The notes under the pieces: model-generated | Database searches by the model: none | What the model was told of the DNA's origin: nothing | What the model saw: only the letters and a program-made list of their open reading frames with translations | Shown here: piece after piece, positions 27,568-37,228 of the stretch | Layout: each line of letters begins with the position of its first letter | How positions within the stretch are numbered: the stretch's first letter is position 1 | Translations under genes and position numbers: made by a program | NCBI GenBank assembly: GCA_002402315.1 | Contig: DHFP01000251.1 | Span: forward strand, 19,465 to 83,464 | DNA: 64,000 nt | Source of the DNA: Clostridiales bacterium UBA4821 | GTDB taxonomy: Bacteria > Bacillota > Clostridia > Acetivibrionales > UBA4821 | Reading direction: 5' to 3'

Positions 27568-29109
27568 ATGGCAATATCTTCATCCATAGTAAACGAAATA
27601 AAAAGAAAGGCTAGTTTAGGTATTAAACTTACCAACCCAACAGCAGAAAAGCAAAAAATGTATGATTCATATCGGAGCTCTCCCTCTCCAGCTGCTCCGA
27701 GTACGCCAAGTGCTCCTAAGCCTGTTTCTTCACCAAGATCCAATAATACCGTATCATATGCTAATTATGTAAAAGGCATAAATGATGTTAACCAATTGAA
27801 GGATATCTATGATAAGGCGAAAGTGGCAAGAGCTTCGCAGTCTAGTTTGGATGCAATACACAACAGAGCAGATGCGATAAGAGGGTACAAGACCGATCCG
27901 TCAGGGACGTATCCGGTTAATGGTACATCTAAGTGGGATAATAGCCTTACAGATTCTGTTGACCCTACGCCTACGCCCCAGCCTCAACAACAATATGAGC
28001 GGCCAGGATTAAAATACAAGCCTCCTGCTTATACGAGGCCTGACTATACACCACTCATAAAAAACAGATTCTCAAACCTAAGAAACAGCACTCTTGCTAA
28101 ACTAAAAGCCAGCAAAGAGTCAGCATTAAATCAGTATGCAGGAGCTGAGGACATTGCACAGCAGACAGGTAGAGAAGCACTAGACCAGAATGATGTTGAA
28201 CGTGCTAAGGCATTGCAGTCACTTAGGGCAGCCATGGAAGCGTCTGGCCAGTATGGCGGCGGTGAAAATGTGACCGGAAATATCGGCATAAATACTACAG
28301 CCCAGCAAAATGCAAACCTTATTAATCAGGATGTGCTAAACCGGATTAACAAGGTAAAGGCGGCCAAAGATTTAATCAATAAGCAGGCTGCAGATAATGA
28401 AGTTGCAATGCAGGGTGATTTGAACGCTCAGGAAACCGATGCACTTTTGAATGCCAACCAGTATGCGGACGGCATGGACTTCCAGAACAACCAGTTTCAG
28501 TACAAAATAAGCAAGGATGCACAGGACAGGCTTGATAAGTTAACACAGGTAGATACTCAGAATAGCCAATGGCAGCAGACCTTTGACACTAACGAGAAAT
28601 GGCGGGAATATGAAGCAAAGTTTCAGGAGCAAGATGCACTCTGGAATAAGAATCTTGAGAATCCTGCTGTACAATCTCAGATATTGGCCAACAAAGCATC
28701 TCTTCTGTCTAACCAACTTGCTGAACTTGAGCTGAAGAACTACCCACAGGAACAGAAGCTGATGCTTGATAAGATAAAGAAGGAAATAGCCCGGATAGGC
28801 GCTCAGCCTACCATGACGCAGTATGATATCGATTACAAGAAGGCTCAGCTTGATAAGATAAGAGCTGAAACAGAAAAAATTAGAAGCGGAAGCTCCGATT
28901 CAGGTGATCCGAATACCCTTGCAGTAGCTGAAGCAATGTCACAAGGCAATAATATCGTTACTTGGTTTGATCAGAATAAACTTCAACTAGCTAATGACCT
29001 AAACCAGTCAACGTATAGTAAAATTGCAAAAATGGCTGAGGATAAGAGAAATAGTGGCGGTGCAAATGATTTGCTCAATCAATTAGGGTTAGATAATTTA
29101 TTTAGATAA
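27568..29109 (+). CDS. phage structural/internal protein, Q/N-rich coiled coil
   Basis: 513 codons, AGGAGG RBS. P/S-rich linker followed by long coiled-coil segments. No enzymatic motif seen. Confidence 0.5.
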   Translation: MAISSSIVNEIKRKASLGIKLTNPTAEKQKMYDSYRSSPSPAAPSTPSAPKPVSSPRSNNTVSYANYVKGINDVNQLKDIYDKAKVARASQSSLDAIHNRADAIRGYKTDPSGTYPVNGTSKWDNSLTDSVDPTPTPQPQQQYERPGLKYKPPAYTRPDYTPLIKNRFSNLRNSTLAKLKASKESALNQYAGAEDIAQQTGREALDQNDVERAKALQSLRAAMEASGQYGGGENVTGNIGINTTAQQNANLINQDVLNRINKVKAAKDLINKQAADNEVAMQGDLNAQETDALLNANQYADGMDFQNNQFQYKISKDAQDRLDKLTQVDTQNSQWQQTFDTNEKWREYEAKFQEQDALWNKNLENPAVQSQILANKASLLSNQLAELELKNYPQEQKLMLDKIKKEIARIGAQPTMTQYDIDYKKAQLDKIRAETEKIRSGSSDSGDPNTLAVAEAMSQGNNIVTWFDQNKLQLANDLNQSTYSKIAKMAEDKRNSGGANDLLNQLGLDNLFR

Positions 29110-29122
29110 GGCGGTGATATAG

Positions 29123-32100
29123 ATGCCTTACAATTGGCAGGATAAAACTCTACAACAGTCCAATGCAACAGCTCCCGGCAGTGCAAATAAGTACTCCTGG
29201 CAAGAGAAAACTGCACCGTCTATTGAACCGAAGCCCAGTACGGTAAACCCTGCTGGGCCTTCTTCTTCCCTTGCGGAGAAAATAGCAGGTGGGATGAATA
29301 ATGCCGTAGGGAAAGTCTCAAAAGGTATATATGACGTATCATCTAAAGTAGATTGGGATAAAGCTAAAAAGTTTGTAGATTCATTACCTGATAAAACAGT
29401 CGAGTATGAGCTATCAAAGAAGGGTATTGATGTAAATAAATATCAGTCACCTAAAGAAGTATTAGATGCAATTAAGGGTGGTAAGAAGTCAGCAGGGCAA
29501 AACGCTTCAACAGTAAGCTACTATATTGATAGCATTCCCAACCTATCTGATTATGAGAAGAGAAGACTATACGGCTATGGCCTTACGGGTGATGAATGGA
29601 CTGCTGAAGATGAAGCATGGTTTCAAAAACGGCAGTCTAATAGGAATGAGGATCTAGTAAGTAAAGATAGCGTACCAGGTAAAGCCTTGACAGCAGTACA
29701 GAACTTCGGGCCGACTAAGACAGTAGGTAAGATGATAGACCGGTCAAAGGTTAGTTTTACTAATGTATATGGAGGCCAAGAACCAGTTGAAGCACTCGAT
29801 ACAGGAAATGCAGTAACCAATTTTATTGCTGACTTAATACCTTATGCAACTCCAGCAGGTGCAGCCGGAGGTTCAGGCTCATTAATGGGTTTGTCGACCA
29901 AAGCAGGATTAAAGGCAGAGCAATTGGCAGCCAAGAAATTACCTGACGCATTGAACAAAACTGTTTCTAAGGCTATTTCAGCAGGTGCTGGCGGTGCTGC
30001 AGCTATGGCACCATTTACTGCTGTTGAATTGGCTACTAAGGATATGCCAGCAGGTGATGCCGGAAAAAGAATTGCTACTGATATAGCACTGGGTGCTGGG
30101 CTGGGTGTTGCAGGTTATGGAGTAGTAAAAGGCGTACAAAAAGGATTCAACAAGCTAAACAATAAAGTGGAGGATGTTATAGGTGACAGCGTATTTGAAA
30201 CGGTTGAGAATGTTGCTCCTGTATCACCGAAAGTAATAAGAGACGCAGGATATACAGTAAGCCCACCTAAACAGATTAATATAGGTATAGGTCAGCAATT
30301 AAAGTATATGCTGCCTGAAGGCAGAGACGCTTTAAAGCGACAAGGCATAGGACTAAAGCAACAACCCAATGCAACAGCTCCGGAAGTTATTAATCTCCCT
30401 GATAACGTAAGAGTCAAACCCGGTACATTGGAGGGCAGTTACAAATTAAAGCCAGAATTTACAGGAAAATATTCAATAGTAGACAAACCAAGAGGAGCAC
30501 CTTTTAGTGAGTCGGAAACCGTTAAAGCATTAGAGCCTGTATACGAAACTAAATTGCCTCAATCAGCTTCCATAATAAAACAGCAAGCCGTATTTAATGT
30601 TCCTGCACTGAAAGGTAAATTTTCAAGCACAAAGCCAATGAAAGAAAAACCAATACTCCAACAACTAGAGCAAAACAGGCTTAGAAATGAGCAGGTGGCA
30701 AATAGAATTAAAAACAGCTACAAACCTGATTGGATAAAGAACATGGAAACTCAAATGAAAAAGAATATTATCCAGGGGAAAAAGGACGTTATAAACCTAA
30801 TGAAACAGTATAACAACTATGATGACTTTGTTGGAGCTTACCTTAGCAAACTGCCTTATACTGATGAAATGAAACAGGTGCTGAAAAAGAATAACTTCAT
30901 GAAGGATGTATTTGATAAGGTTAACCCCCAGACAGGCAAACCTCTTACTGGTGCTATGGGTGAAGCTGCAGCTGCAGTGGAAAAACTAGGACATAAAGAT
31001 GTAATCAAGCAAACTGCTGATGACCTGGTAAAAAACAGTGACCAGTGGAAGGACAAGTATCCTTTTCTCCTGCAACGTGAAACATGGGATAGAAACATTG
31101 TAGATATAGCCGGAAAAGAAGACGGCCCAAAAATCAAGAAGTATCTATTTGAACCTATCCACAACAACGAAGCTCAAAGTACAAGGTACAAGAACATCTG
31201 GAGAGATAAGATCAAAAGCCTTAATCTCACCAAGAAAGAAAGGGAACTTACTCAGAGATTTGGTGAGGGAAAAATCACGCAAGAGGATCTGTTGAACACT
31301 AATCTTGTATCCGACGAATCAGCTAAGAAGATACAAAATGCGGTAAATGTGTTTAGAGAGTTTTATGACGATGCACTAAATAAGGCTAATGAAGTACTGG
31401 TGAGGAACGGATATAAGCCAGTACCCAAGCTTCCTAATTATTTTCCTCATTTTGAAGGTGAGGATCCAATAATGAAGGCATTAGGTATCAGAATAGATCT
31501 TGTTGATCTGCCTACGGATATTAACGGGTTAACTCATCAGTTTAAACCAGGCAAGAATTGGTTTGGAAACTTCCAAAAGAGAACAGGCGATAAGACAACT
31601 TTTGACGCTGTAGAAGGCTTTGACAGGTATATTGAAGGTATTAGCAGAGTAATACATCATACTGATGATATACAAAGGCTGAGAGGATTTTCGCGTACAC
31701 TCAGGACCAAATATTCACCACCTGAAATAAGCACGCAGATCCAAAAAATAATCGATAGTGACCTGCCAAAGGAATTAAAGAACAGTGTAATTGATGATCT
31801 GATTGGAAGGGAAACAACTCACCTGAGCAATGCTGTCGCTGATCTGGATGAGTTTACTAATGTGCTTGCCGGGAAAAAGGACCTGGCTGATAGAGCAATG
31901 GAAAGAGTGCTGGGGAGAGGAGCCTATAATCTTGCAGCATTTTTCGAAAACCGTATAGCCACGAACATGGTTGCAATTAATCCTGCATCTTGGCTTACTA
32001 ACTTTATACCAATAACTCAATCCTTAGCATCTACTGATAAAATGTCAGCCTTGAGGGCTTTGAATGACACCATGAGAAACATAGTTAAGGATGATGGATT

Positions 32101-33355
32101 TATTGATAAATCTACCTTCTTAACAAACAGAGTGAGAAGCGACATATTAAGCAAAGGCATGGTTGAAAAAACAGGTGATGTATTATCAGCTCCGTTCAAA
32201 TGGATTGACCAATTTACTTCTCAGGTAGTTGCAAGGTCCAAATACTATGAAGGATTAAAAAAGGGGTTGAATCCACAGGATGCAATGAGCCGAGCCGATG
32301 AGTGGACTGCTAAGGTAATAGGTGACAGGTCGCTTGGATCCATGCCAACTGTATTTAATCACCACAATCCGCTGACAAGACTTTTCACACAATTCCAGCT
32401 CGAGGTAAATAACCAGCTGTCGCATATTTTTAAGGATCTGCCGAGAGAATATCTGAAAAATGGTGCAATTACAGGAAATATAGCCAGGCTGTCATCAGCC
32501 CTGGGACAGGTGGCCGTATACAGCTATATATACAACAATATTTATGAAAAGCTGGTAGGAAGACGGCCGGCAATAGATCCAATAGGTATAGCCTTTGATT
32601 TTAAAGATGACTTAAGCAATCCCAATATTAGAAAAAGCGAGGCGTTTTCAAGGCTAGGTAAAAATGCCGTTCGGCAGCTGCCTTTTGTAGGTGGTGTGAT
32701 AGGTGGCGGTAGGATACCGATAGATGCAGTGACAAAACCTTTATTTGTTGATGCTCCCAGCGACGCGCTAAAGGCTTTTACAGGAGAGGGAGAATGGTCA
32801 GACGCAGGAAAGGATCTATTTAATGCCGGTGTCTATGTAATACCTCCTTTTGGCGGTGGACAGATAAAGAAAACTGCTGAAGGTCTTGATCCATTCAAAC
32901 ATCCTGTCCCCGGAGTCTATAATGAAACAAAGGATGGAAAAGAATTAAAGTTCCCGGTTGATCCATCAATGGGTAATAAGGTTAAGAGTGCTGTGTTCGG
33001 TAAGTACAGTACCAAAGAAGCCAGGGACTATTACAAGAATAACAGGCGTGAGCTGGGCGCAAAACAAACTGAAGCTTTTGAGAAACTGGTTACTGAACAA
33101 GGAGTGGACCAGGGGAAATTGTATGATGCTTTCATATTAAACCGGGAATTGGATTCACTGGGGAGAAAAATAAAGGAAGCGTATAACAGTAAGAACCTTT
33201 CGGAAGAAGCTAAATTGAATAACATTAAAGATTTAATCCTCAGGAAGTATAACAGCATCAACAATGATAAGAATCTGACACCTGAGAAGAAAGAAACAAT
33301 GCTGAAGCTGCTGGGGGAGAAAATAAAGACTATTAAGCTTGAAGCGGAAGAATAG
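29123..33355 (+). CDS. very large phage protein (ejection/internal-virion or tape-measure-like)
   Basis: 1410 codons. A Gly/Ala-rich hydrophobic block (AGAAGGSGSL...AGAGGAAAMAPF...LGAGLGVAGYGVV) is typical of membrane-inserting ejection or tape-measure proteins. The function is inferred. Confidence 0.45.
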   Translation: MPYNWQDKTLQQSNATAPGSANKYSWQEKTAPSIEPKPSTVNPAGPSSSLAEKIAGGMNNAVGKVSKGIYDVSSKVDWDKAKKFVDSLPDKTVEYELSKKGIDVNKYQSPKEVLDAIKGGKKSAGQNASTVSYYIDSIPNLSDYEKRRLYGYGLTGDEWTAEDEAWFQKRQSNRNEDLVSKDSVPGKALTAVQNFGPTKTVGKMIDRSKVSFTNVYGGQEPVEALDTGNAVTNFIADLIPYATPAGAAGGSGSLMGLSTKAGLKAEQLAAKKLPDALNKTVSKAISAGAGGAAAMAPFTAVELATKDMPAGDAGKRIATDIALGAGLGVAGYGVVKGVQKGFNKLNNKVEDVIGDSVFETVENVAPVSPKVIRDAGYTVSPPKQINIGIGQQLKYMLPEGRDALKRQGIGLKQQPNATAPEVINLPDNVRVKPGTLEGSYKLKPEFTGKYSIVDKPRGAPFSESETVKALEPVYETKLPQSASIIKQQAVFNVPALKGKFSSTKPMKEKPILQQLEQNRLRNEQVANRIKNSYKPDWIKNMETQMKKNIIQGKKDVINLMKQYNNYDDFVGAYLSKLPYTDEMKQVLKKNNFMKDVFDKVNPQTGKPLTGAMGEAAAAVEKLGHKDVIKQTADDLVKNSDQWKDKYPFLLQRETWDRNIVDIAGKEDGPKIKKYLFEPIHNNEAQSTRYKNIWRDKIKSLNLTKKERELTQRFGEGKITQEDLLNTNLVSDESAKKIQNAVNVFREFYDDALNKANEVLVRNGYKPVPKLPNYFPHFEGEDPIMKALGIRIDLVDLPTDINGLTHQFKPGKNWFGNFQKRTGDKTTFDAVEGFDRYIEGISRVIHHTDDIQRLRGFSRTLRTKYSPPEISTQIQKIIDSDLPKELKNSVIDDLIGRETTHLSNAVADLDEFTNVLAGKKDLADRAMERVLGRGAYNLAAFFENRIATNMVAINPASWLTNFIPITQSLASTDKMSALRALNDTMRNIVKDDGFIDKSTFLTNRVRSDILSKGMVEKTGDVLSAPFKWIDQFTSQVVARSKYYEGLKKGLNPQDAMSRADEWTAKVIGDRSLGSMPTVFNHHNPLTRLFTQFQLEVNNQLSHIFKDLPREYLKNGAITGNIARLSSALGQVAVYSYIYNNIYEKLVGRRPAIDPIGIAFDFKDDLSNPNIRKSEAFSRLGKNAVRQLPFVGGVIGGGRIPIDAVTKPLFVDAPSDALKAFTGEGEWSDAGKDLFNAGVYVIPPFGGGQIKKTAEGLDPFKHPVPGVYNETKDGKELKFPVDPSMGNKVKSAVFGKYSTKEARDYYKNNRRELGAKQTEAFEKLVTEQGVDQGKLYDAFILNRELDSLGRKIKEAYNSKNLSEEAKLNNIKDLILRKYNSINNDKNLTPEKKETMLKLLGEKIKTIKLEAEE

Positions 33356-33360
33356 GTCAA

Positions 33361-33405
33361 GAGCAGGGAGTACAAACAATACTACCCTGCTTCTTATTAT
33401 TTTTA
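33361..33405 (+). terminator. intrinsic terminator between structural and lysis modules
   Basis: GAGCAGGG...CCCTGCTT stem followed by CTTATTATTTTT. Confidence 0.65.
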
Positions 33406-33422
33406 GAGAGGGCGTGAGAGCA

Positions 33423-33680
33423 GTGGATTGCAAATGCACTCAGGAAGAAAGAATCAGAAATCTTGAAACCGGCCAGGCCGAAACCAAGGTATATGTAAAA
33501 CAAATACTAGATGACATCAAAGATATAAAAGATAGCGTAAAAGTGCTTGCCCAAGTACAGCCTCAAAAAAACGAGAACAAACTAATGCAAATAGTAATAA
33601 CGGAATTATTTAAGTTAGCCGGAATGTGCATCACGATTCTTGGGGCAATTGTCGGCGCCATGAAAATAATGGGGAAGTGA
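33423..33680 (+). CDS. XhlA-like lysis-associated protein (N-terminal coiled coil, C-terminal TM)
   Basis: GTG 33423 lies downstream of the terminator. The architecture (RIRNLETGQAETKVYVKQILDDIKDIK... then LAGMCITILGAIVGAM) matches B. subtilis PBSX XhlA-type proteins. It sits directly upstream of the amidase. Confidence 0.55.
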   Translation: MDCKCTQEERIRNLETGQAETKVYVKQILDDIKDIKDSVKVLAQVQPQKNENKLMQIVITELFKLAGMCITILGAIVGAMKIMGK

Positions 33681-33690
33681 GGAGATGTTG

Positions 33691-34434
33691 ATGCCTTTTC
33701 AAATGAAATATAAAATAACGCCTCTATATATGCCAATCAAAACAAAGAGACGGTCCGGTATATTGATGCCGAAAGTAGGCTTTCAGGTTGCACATGATAC
33801 CGGTAATCCAGGCTCAACAGCCAGACAGAATGTGAAGTACTTTATAAACTCTGCTAATGAGATGTCAGCATCAACTCACATCTTCGTGGATGATAAAGAA
33901 ATTATTGAATGCATACCTGCCCTAACTGGTAAACCGGAAAAAGCCTGGCACGTTCTTTATGACAAGCCTCTGGATAATCAATTATATGGTGATGATGCCA
34001 ATGATATAGCAATAGGTATTGAATATTGCTATGGCAAAAACATTAATGCCGATGAAGCGTACAAACGTTATGTGTGGCTGTTGGCTTATATTGCTTATAA
34101 ATTTAACCTTAACCCGGCCAATACGGTTATAGGTCATTTTAAGTTGGACCCGCAAAGGAAAACAGATCCGCAAAGTGGACTGCATGCATCCGGGAGAAGC
34201 TACGAGCAGTTGCTGAAAGATGTTGTAAAAGAATATAACGATTGCTTAAAGGAGGAACAAGTCATGCCAGAGGAAAAGAAAATTCCTGAATGGAAAACCG
34301 CGCCGATTGATGAATTGGCAAAGGACGGACTGCTAAGTGATCCGGATTATTGGAAAGCAAAGCTTGATGATGCAATGCCTGTATGGGCGGTAATGGCAAT
34401 GATAAACAGAATTAGAAAGGAGAGTTCAAAATGA
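33691..34434 (+). CDS. phage endolysin, N-acetylmuramoyl-L-alanine amidase (Amidase_2/PGRP type) with a C-terminal wall-binding region
   Basis: VAHDTGNPGSTA, IGIEYC and IGHFKLDPQRKTDP motifs. ATG 33691 lies 6 nt after GAGGAG. Confidence 0.8.
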   Translation: MPFQMKYKITPLYMPIKTKRRSGILMPKVGFQVAHDTGNPGSTARQNVKYFINSANEMSASTHIFVDDKEIIECIPALTGKPEKAWHVLYDKPLDNQLYGDDANDIAIGIEYCYGKNINADEAYKRYVWLLAYIAYKFNLNPANTVIGHFKLDPQRKTDPQSGLHASGRSYEQLLKDVVKEYNDCLKEEQVMPEEKKIPEWKTAPIDELAKDGLLSDPDYWKAKLDDAMPVWAVMAMINRIRKESSK

Positions 34435-34745
34435 GATATATTTTATGGGAATATCGGTACATAATAATATTTCTCCTGGGCGCAATACTGTATTTAGCCT
34501 TTGAATGGCAGAGGGCTAAGACTATTCTTTATGCACTGATGCTTCAAGCTAAGAGCATGGCCAAAGACTATATCCTTAAGTCCGGCCAGGAACAGGAGAA
34601 TTGGGTGGTAAATAAAGCTATGATTTATCTTCCATTACCGGTTAGAAGTGTATTGAATGAAAACATTATTAGAAAAATAGTAAGATGGCTGTTTCATACC
34701 GCAAAAGACTATATTGATGATGGCAAGATAGATAGTAGCGTATAA
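34431..34745 (+). CDS. small N-terminal-TM protein, possible holin or lysis accessory
   Basis: ATGA overlap with the amidase gene. One TM (IIIFLLGAILYLAF). No family recognised. Confidence 0.45.
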   Translation: MRYILWEYRYIIIFLLGAILYLAFEWQRAKTILYALMLQAKSMAKDYILKSGQEQENWVVNKAMIYLPLPVRSVLNENIIRKIVRWLFHTAKDYIDDGKIDSSV

Positions 34746-35086
34746 CAAGTACATATATAATGGAAGTAAAATCATACTTTTAGTGTTTTGGTTACTTGTG
34801 GAGACGTGAACATACTACAAAAAAAGGAGGTATAGTTTGTGGACAAGTATACATTTTCTGGTACTTTATCACTTATAGGAACATTCTTTATAACGATACT
34901 AGGAGGTTTGACTATGAATTCAATAACATTAGTAGTATTATGGTCATATAGGCGTATACATAGGAAATGGACAAGTTAAAGGAATAGTGTTTCTGTGTGA
35001 AAGGCTTAATGTTTGATGTAAACGGCATTTTGAAGTTGTTTGGAATAAAAAAAGAACTGGCATGAGTTACACCAGTTCTTAAATGA

Positions 35087-35611
35087 TTAATAAATATTAT
35101 CTACCTGTATTTTATAACTATCATAATTTGAATAGTCACCGCTTCCAATTGCTTCAAAGGTTTTTATTTCTCCTGATTTTAAGCCAGTCATAAAACCATC
35201 TGCAGTTCCGAGTAACTTTTTATTACTATCGTAAAAACTCACTTTAAATGAGAAACTAGCGTCTGTTAATAAATTGTTTTTCGCTTCACCTTCAACTGTT
35301 GTAAAACTTGAACTTTTCTTAATAATTATGTTCGTAAATTCGATATCTGGCTTTGTTTCTCCTATTTCAACTCTCTTTAATTTTGAGTTCCAAGCTACAT
35401 TTACACCTAATGCTTTTCCTATCTCCGATAATGGCAAGTATGTGGTTCCATTTATCGTTACTATTGGTTTACTTGACTTTAATTCATGACCATTTACAAG
35501 CACCTTGAAATTAGCTTTTAAAGCGTTTATGCCTCCAGCAGCAAAAGAAGCTCCTGTAATACATAACATAATTCCTAACACTAATCCTAATAATATCTTT
35601 TTCACTTTCAT
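35087..35611 (-). CDS. secreted protein: copper-amine-oxidase-like stalk domain plus FxLYD-like beta domain
   Basis: Signal peptide, VLVNGHELKSSKPIVTINGTTYLPLSEIGKALGVNVAWN, and C-terminal ...FKVSFYDSNKKLLG... GGAGG RBS. Confidence 0.65.
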   Translation of the reverse strand: MKVKKILLGLVLGIMLCITGASFAAGGINALKANFKVLVNGHELKSSKPIVTINGTTYLPLSEIGKALGVNVAWNSKLKRVEIGETKPDIEFTNIIIKKSSSFTTVEGEAKNNLLTDASFSFKVSFYDSNKKLLGTADGFMTGLKSGEIKTFEAIGSGDYSNYDSYKIQVDNIY

Positions 35612-35917
35612 TCCTCCAATATATAGATTTATCCCGATAAATATTTTCTACAGAATACCATAATAATACAAAATAATCAATATAATCAATACTAAGAAAT
35701 AATTGTTGAACTTTGTTGAAATAGTGAATATAATAGTGCCATTATAAATAAAAAAAATAAGAAGCTATCTTTGCAGGAGGGCTTCTTATTTTAAAACACT
35801 ATGCATGTTCTCAAAAGAGAACTATATTTCGTTAAGATATTAACAGAAATATTCCTCATTGTAAAGTGTTTTAAAATTTTTAATTATTGGGATTAATATT
35901 TTACTGGAGGAATGTTT

Positions 35918-36088
35918 ATGGAAGTAAATGAATGTATTATTCTTGTAGAAGATAATTTGTTTAAACCACGTATTTCAATTTCATTAGATACTGAAGAAGT
36001 AGTTTTGTATGTAAATAAAAATGATTTAGATAGAAAAGATTTATTGATTAAAAACATTTTTAAAAAGCTAGAAGAGTGTTACAAATGA
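35918..36088 (+). CDS. 56-codon hypothetical protein (below the ORF-track cutoff)
   Basis: ATG 35918 follows GGAGG. MEVNECIILVEDNLFKPRISISLDTEEVVLYVNKNDLDRKDLLIKNIFKKLEECYK. No family recognised. Confidence 0.35.
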   Translation: MEVNECIILVEDNLFKPRISISLDTEEVVLYVNKNDLDRKDLLIKNIFKKLEECYK

Positions 36089-36178
36089 TACTTAAAGTTG
36101 TGAAAATGAGTTGTGAAAAAATATACAAATAACTTATGGTAGTATATATAGCAATACTTACAAGTATTGCTTGTTTTT

Positions 36179-36233
36179 TGACTTCGGATCAGAGGGCCGG
36201 GGGTTCGAATCCTCCTGGGCGCGCCATGTTAAA
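36179..36233 (+). repeat. attR: displaced 3' fragment of tRNA-Arg (55-bp direct repeat)
   Basis: Identical to 21980-22034. It lacks the 5' half of the tRNA. Confidence 0.9.
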
Positions 36234-36237
36234 CTAC

Positions 36238-36268
36238 AAAGCCTTGAGGAATCAAGGCTTTAATTTTT
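36238..36268 (+). terminator. original tRNA-Arg terminator
   Basis: AAAGCCTTGA-GGAA-TCAAGGCTTT followed by AATTTTT. Confidence 0.75.
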
Positions 36269-36510
36269 CCTTAAGTAAACTGCTTGAGTTGTATGAGGCT
36301 CAAGTATGCTGTCAACTGGTAAATATTATTCATATACTTTTTAAAACAATCTACACAAAACCTCATACATTTTTGGTATACTTAGTATTAAATATTCAAT
36401 TATTTAGATATTATGTTTGTCAATTTATGAGTGGATTTTTTACACCAGTTATAGTATTGTCATATTGGAAGCCTTATTGAGTACTTTTGGTAAGAGAGGT
36501 GAATTGTAAT

Positions 36511-37215
36511 TTGGACAATGTGTCGTTTGTATTAGCATTTTCGGCAGGCCTGCTATCTTTTTTATCTCCATGCGTTTTGCCGCTTGTCCCGGCATATGTG
36601 AGTTACTTGACCGGCTCAGCTGTGGCCGAAATAAATACTGATAAGGCCAAGTTGAATCTTTTATATAAGTCCATCGGATTTGTCATTGGATTTTCAATTA
36701 TCTTTATTATTATGGGCGCTTCGGTCAGCTCCATTGGAAAGTTTCTAATTACAAACCAGGTCATATTAAAAAAAATCGGCGGAATTTTAATAATAATCTT
36801 TGGCCTTCATACAACCGGATTACTTAAAATTAAAATGTTGTATGCCGAAAAACGGCTTCTTCCATTCGGAGGTGATAAAAAGAACATTAGCTCAGTATTT
36901 CTGGGAATGGCATTTGCAACCGGATGGACGCCGTGCATCGGCCCGATTCTTGCTTCAATACTTATTTACGCAGGAAGCATGGAAACCATAAGCAAGGGCA
37001 TTCTGCTGCTTGGTGTTTATTCGTTAGGGCTTGCCATACCGTTTATTTTGACAGCTCTTGCTATTGGAAACTTCTCGGAGTACTTTAAAAGGTTTTCAAA
37101 ATATCTTCCGGTAGTATCTTTAGTAAGCGGTATTCTAATGATTGTAATGGGGATTCTGATTTTTACTAACAAATTAACAATAATAAGCGGCTATTTGAAC
37201 TTTATTAACTTTTGA
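36511..37215 (+). CDS. ccdA: cytochrome c biogenesis / thiol-disulfide electron transporter CcdA (DsbD family)
   Basis: FLSPCVLPLVPAYVSYL and TPCIGPIL motifs, six TM helices. TTG 36511 lies 8 nt after GAGAGGTG. Confidence 0.85.
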   Translation: MDNVSFVLAFSAGLLSFLSPCVLPLVPAYVSYLTGSAVAEINTDKAKLNLLYKSIGFVIGFSIIFIIMGASVSSIGKFLITNQVILKKIGGILIIIFGLHTTGLLKIKMLYAEKRLLPFGGDKKNISSVFLGMAFATGWTPCIGPILASILIYAGSMETISKGILLLGVYSLGLAIPFILTALAIGNFSEYFKRFSKYLPVVSLVSGILMIVMGILIFTNKLTIISGYLNFINF

Positions 37216-37228
37216 ATGGAGGCCATTT

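Larger units (their letters stand above)
22035..36178. mobile_element. degraded prophage (podovirus-like structural and lysis modules only) integrated in tRNA-Arg
   Basis: Bounded by the 55-bp direct repeats. Integrase fragment next to attL. Structural genes, XhlA-like protein and amidase are present. No terminase, portal, capsid, replication or repressor genes are visible. Confidence 0.8.

Noticed and set aside
33339-33422. Upstream extension of the XhlA-like ORF, overlapping the end of the 1410-aa gene.
   Set aside because: The extension runs through the terminator hairpin at 33361-33405. GTG 33423 downstream of that hairpin gives a protein with the expected XhlA-like size.
34839-34979. 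46-codon ORF (GTG, GGAGG RBS) encoding a hydrophobic peptide reminiscent of the N-terminal part of phage holins (...ILGGLTMNSITLVVLW...).
   Set aside because: It is too short, and the resemblance breaks off where the holin family motif (DYITG-like) should follow. It may be a decayed holin fragment. I did not call it as a gene.
36136-36480. 114-aa ORF spanning attR and the tRNA fragment.
   Set aside because: It reads through the displaced tRNA 3' half and its terminator (SDQRAGGSNPPGRA is translated tRNA sequence). It has no RBS.
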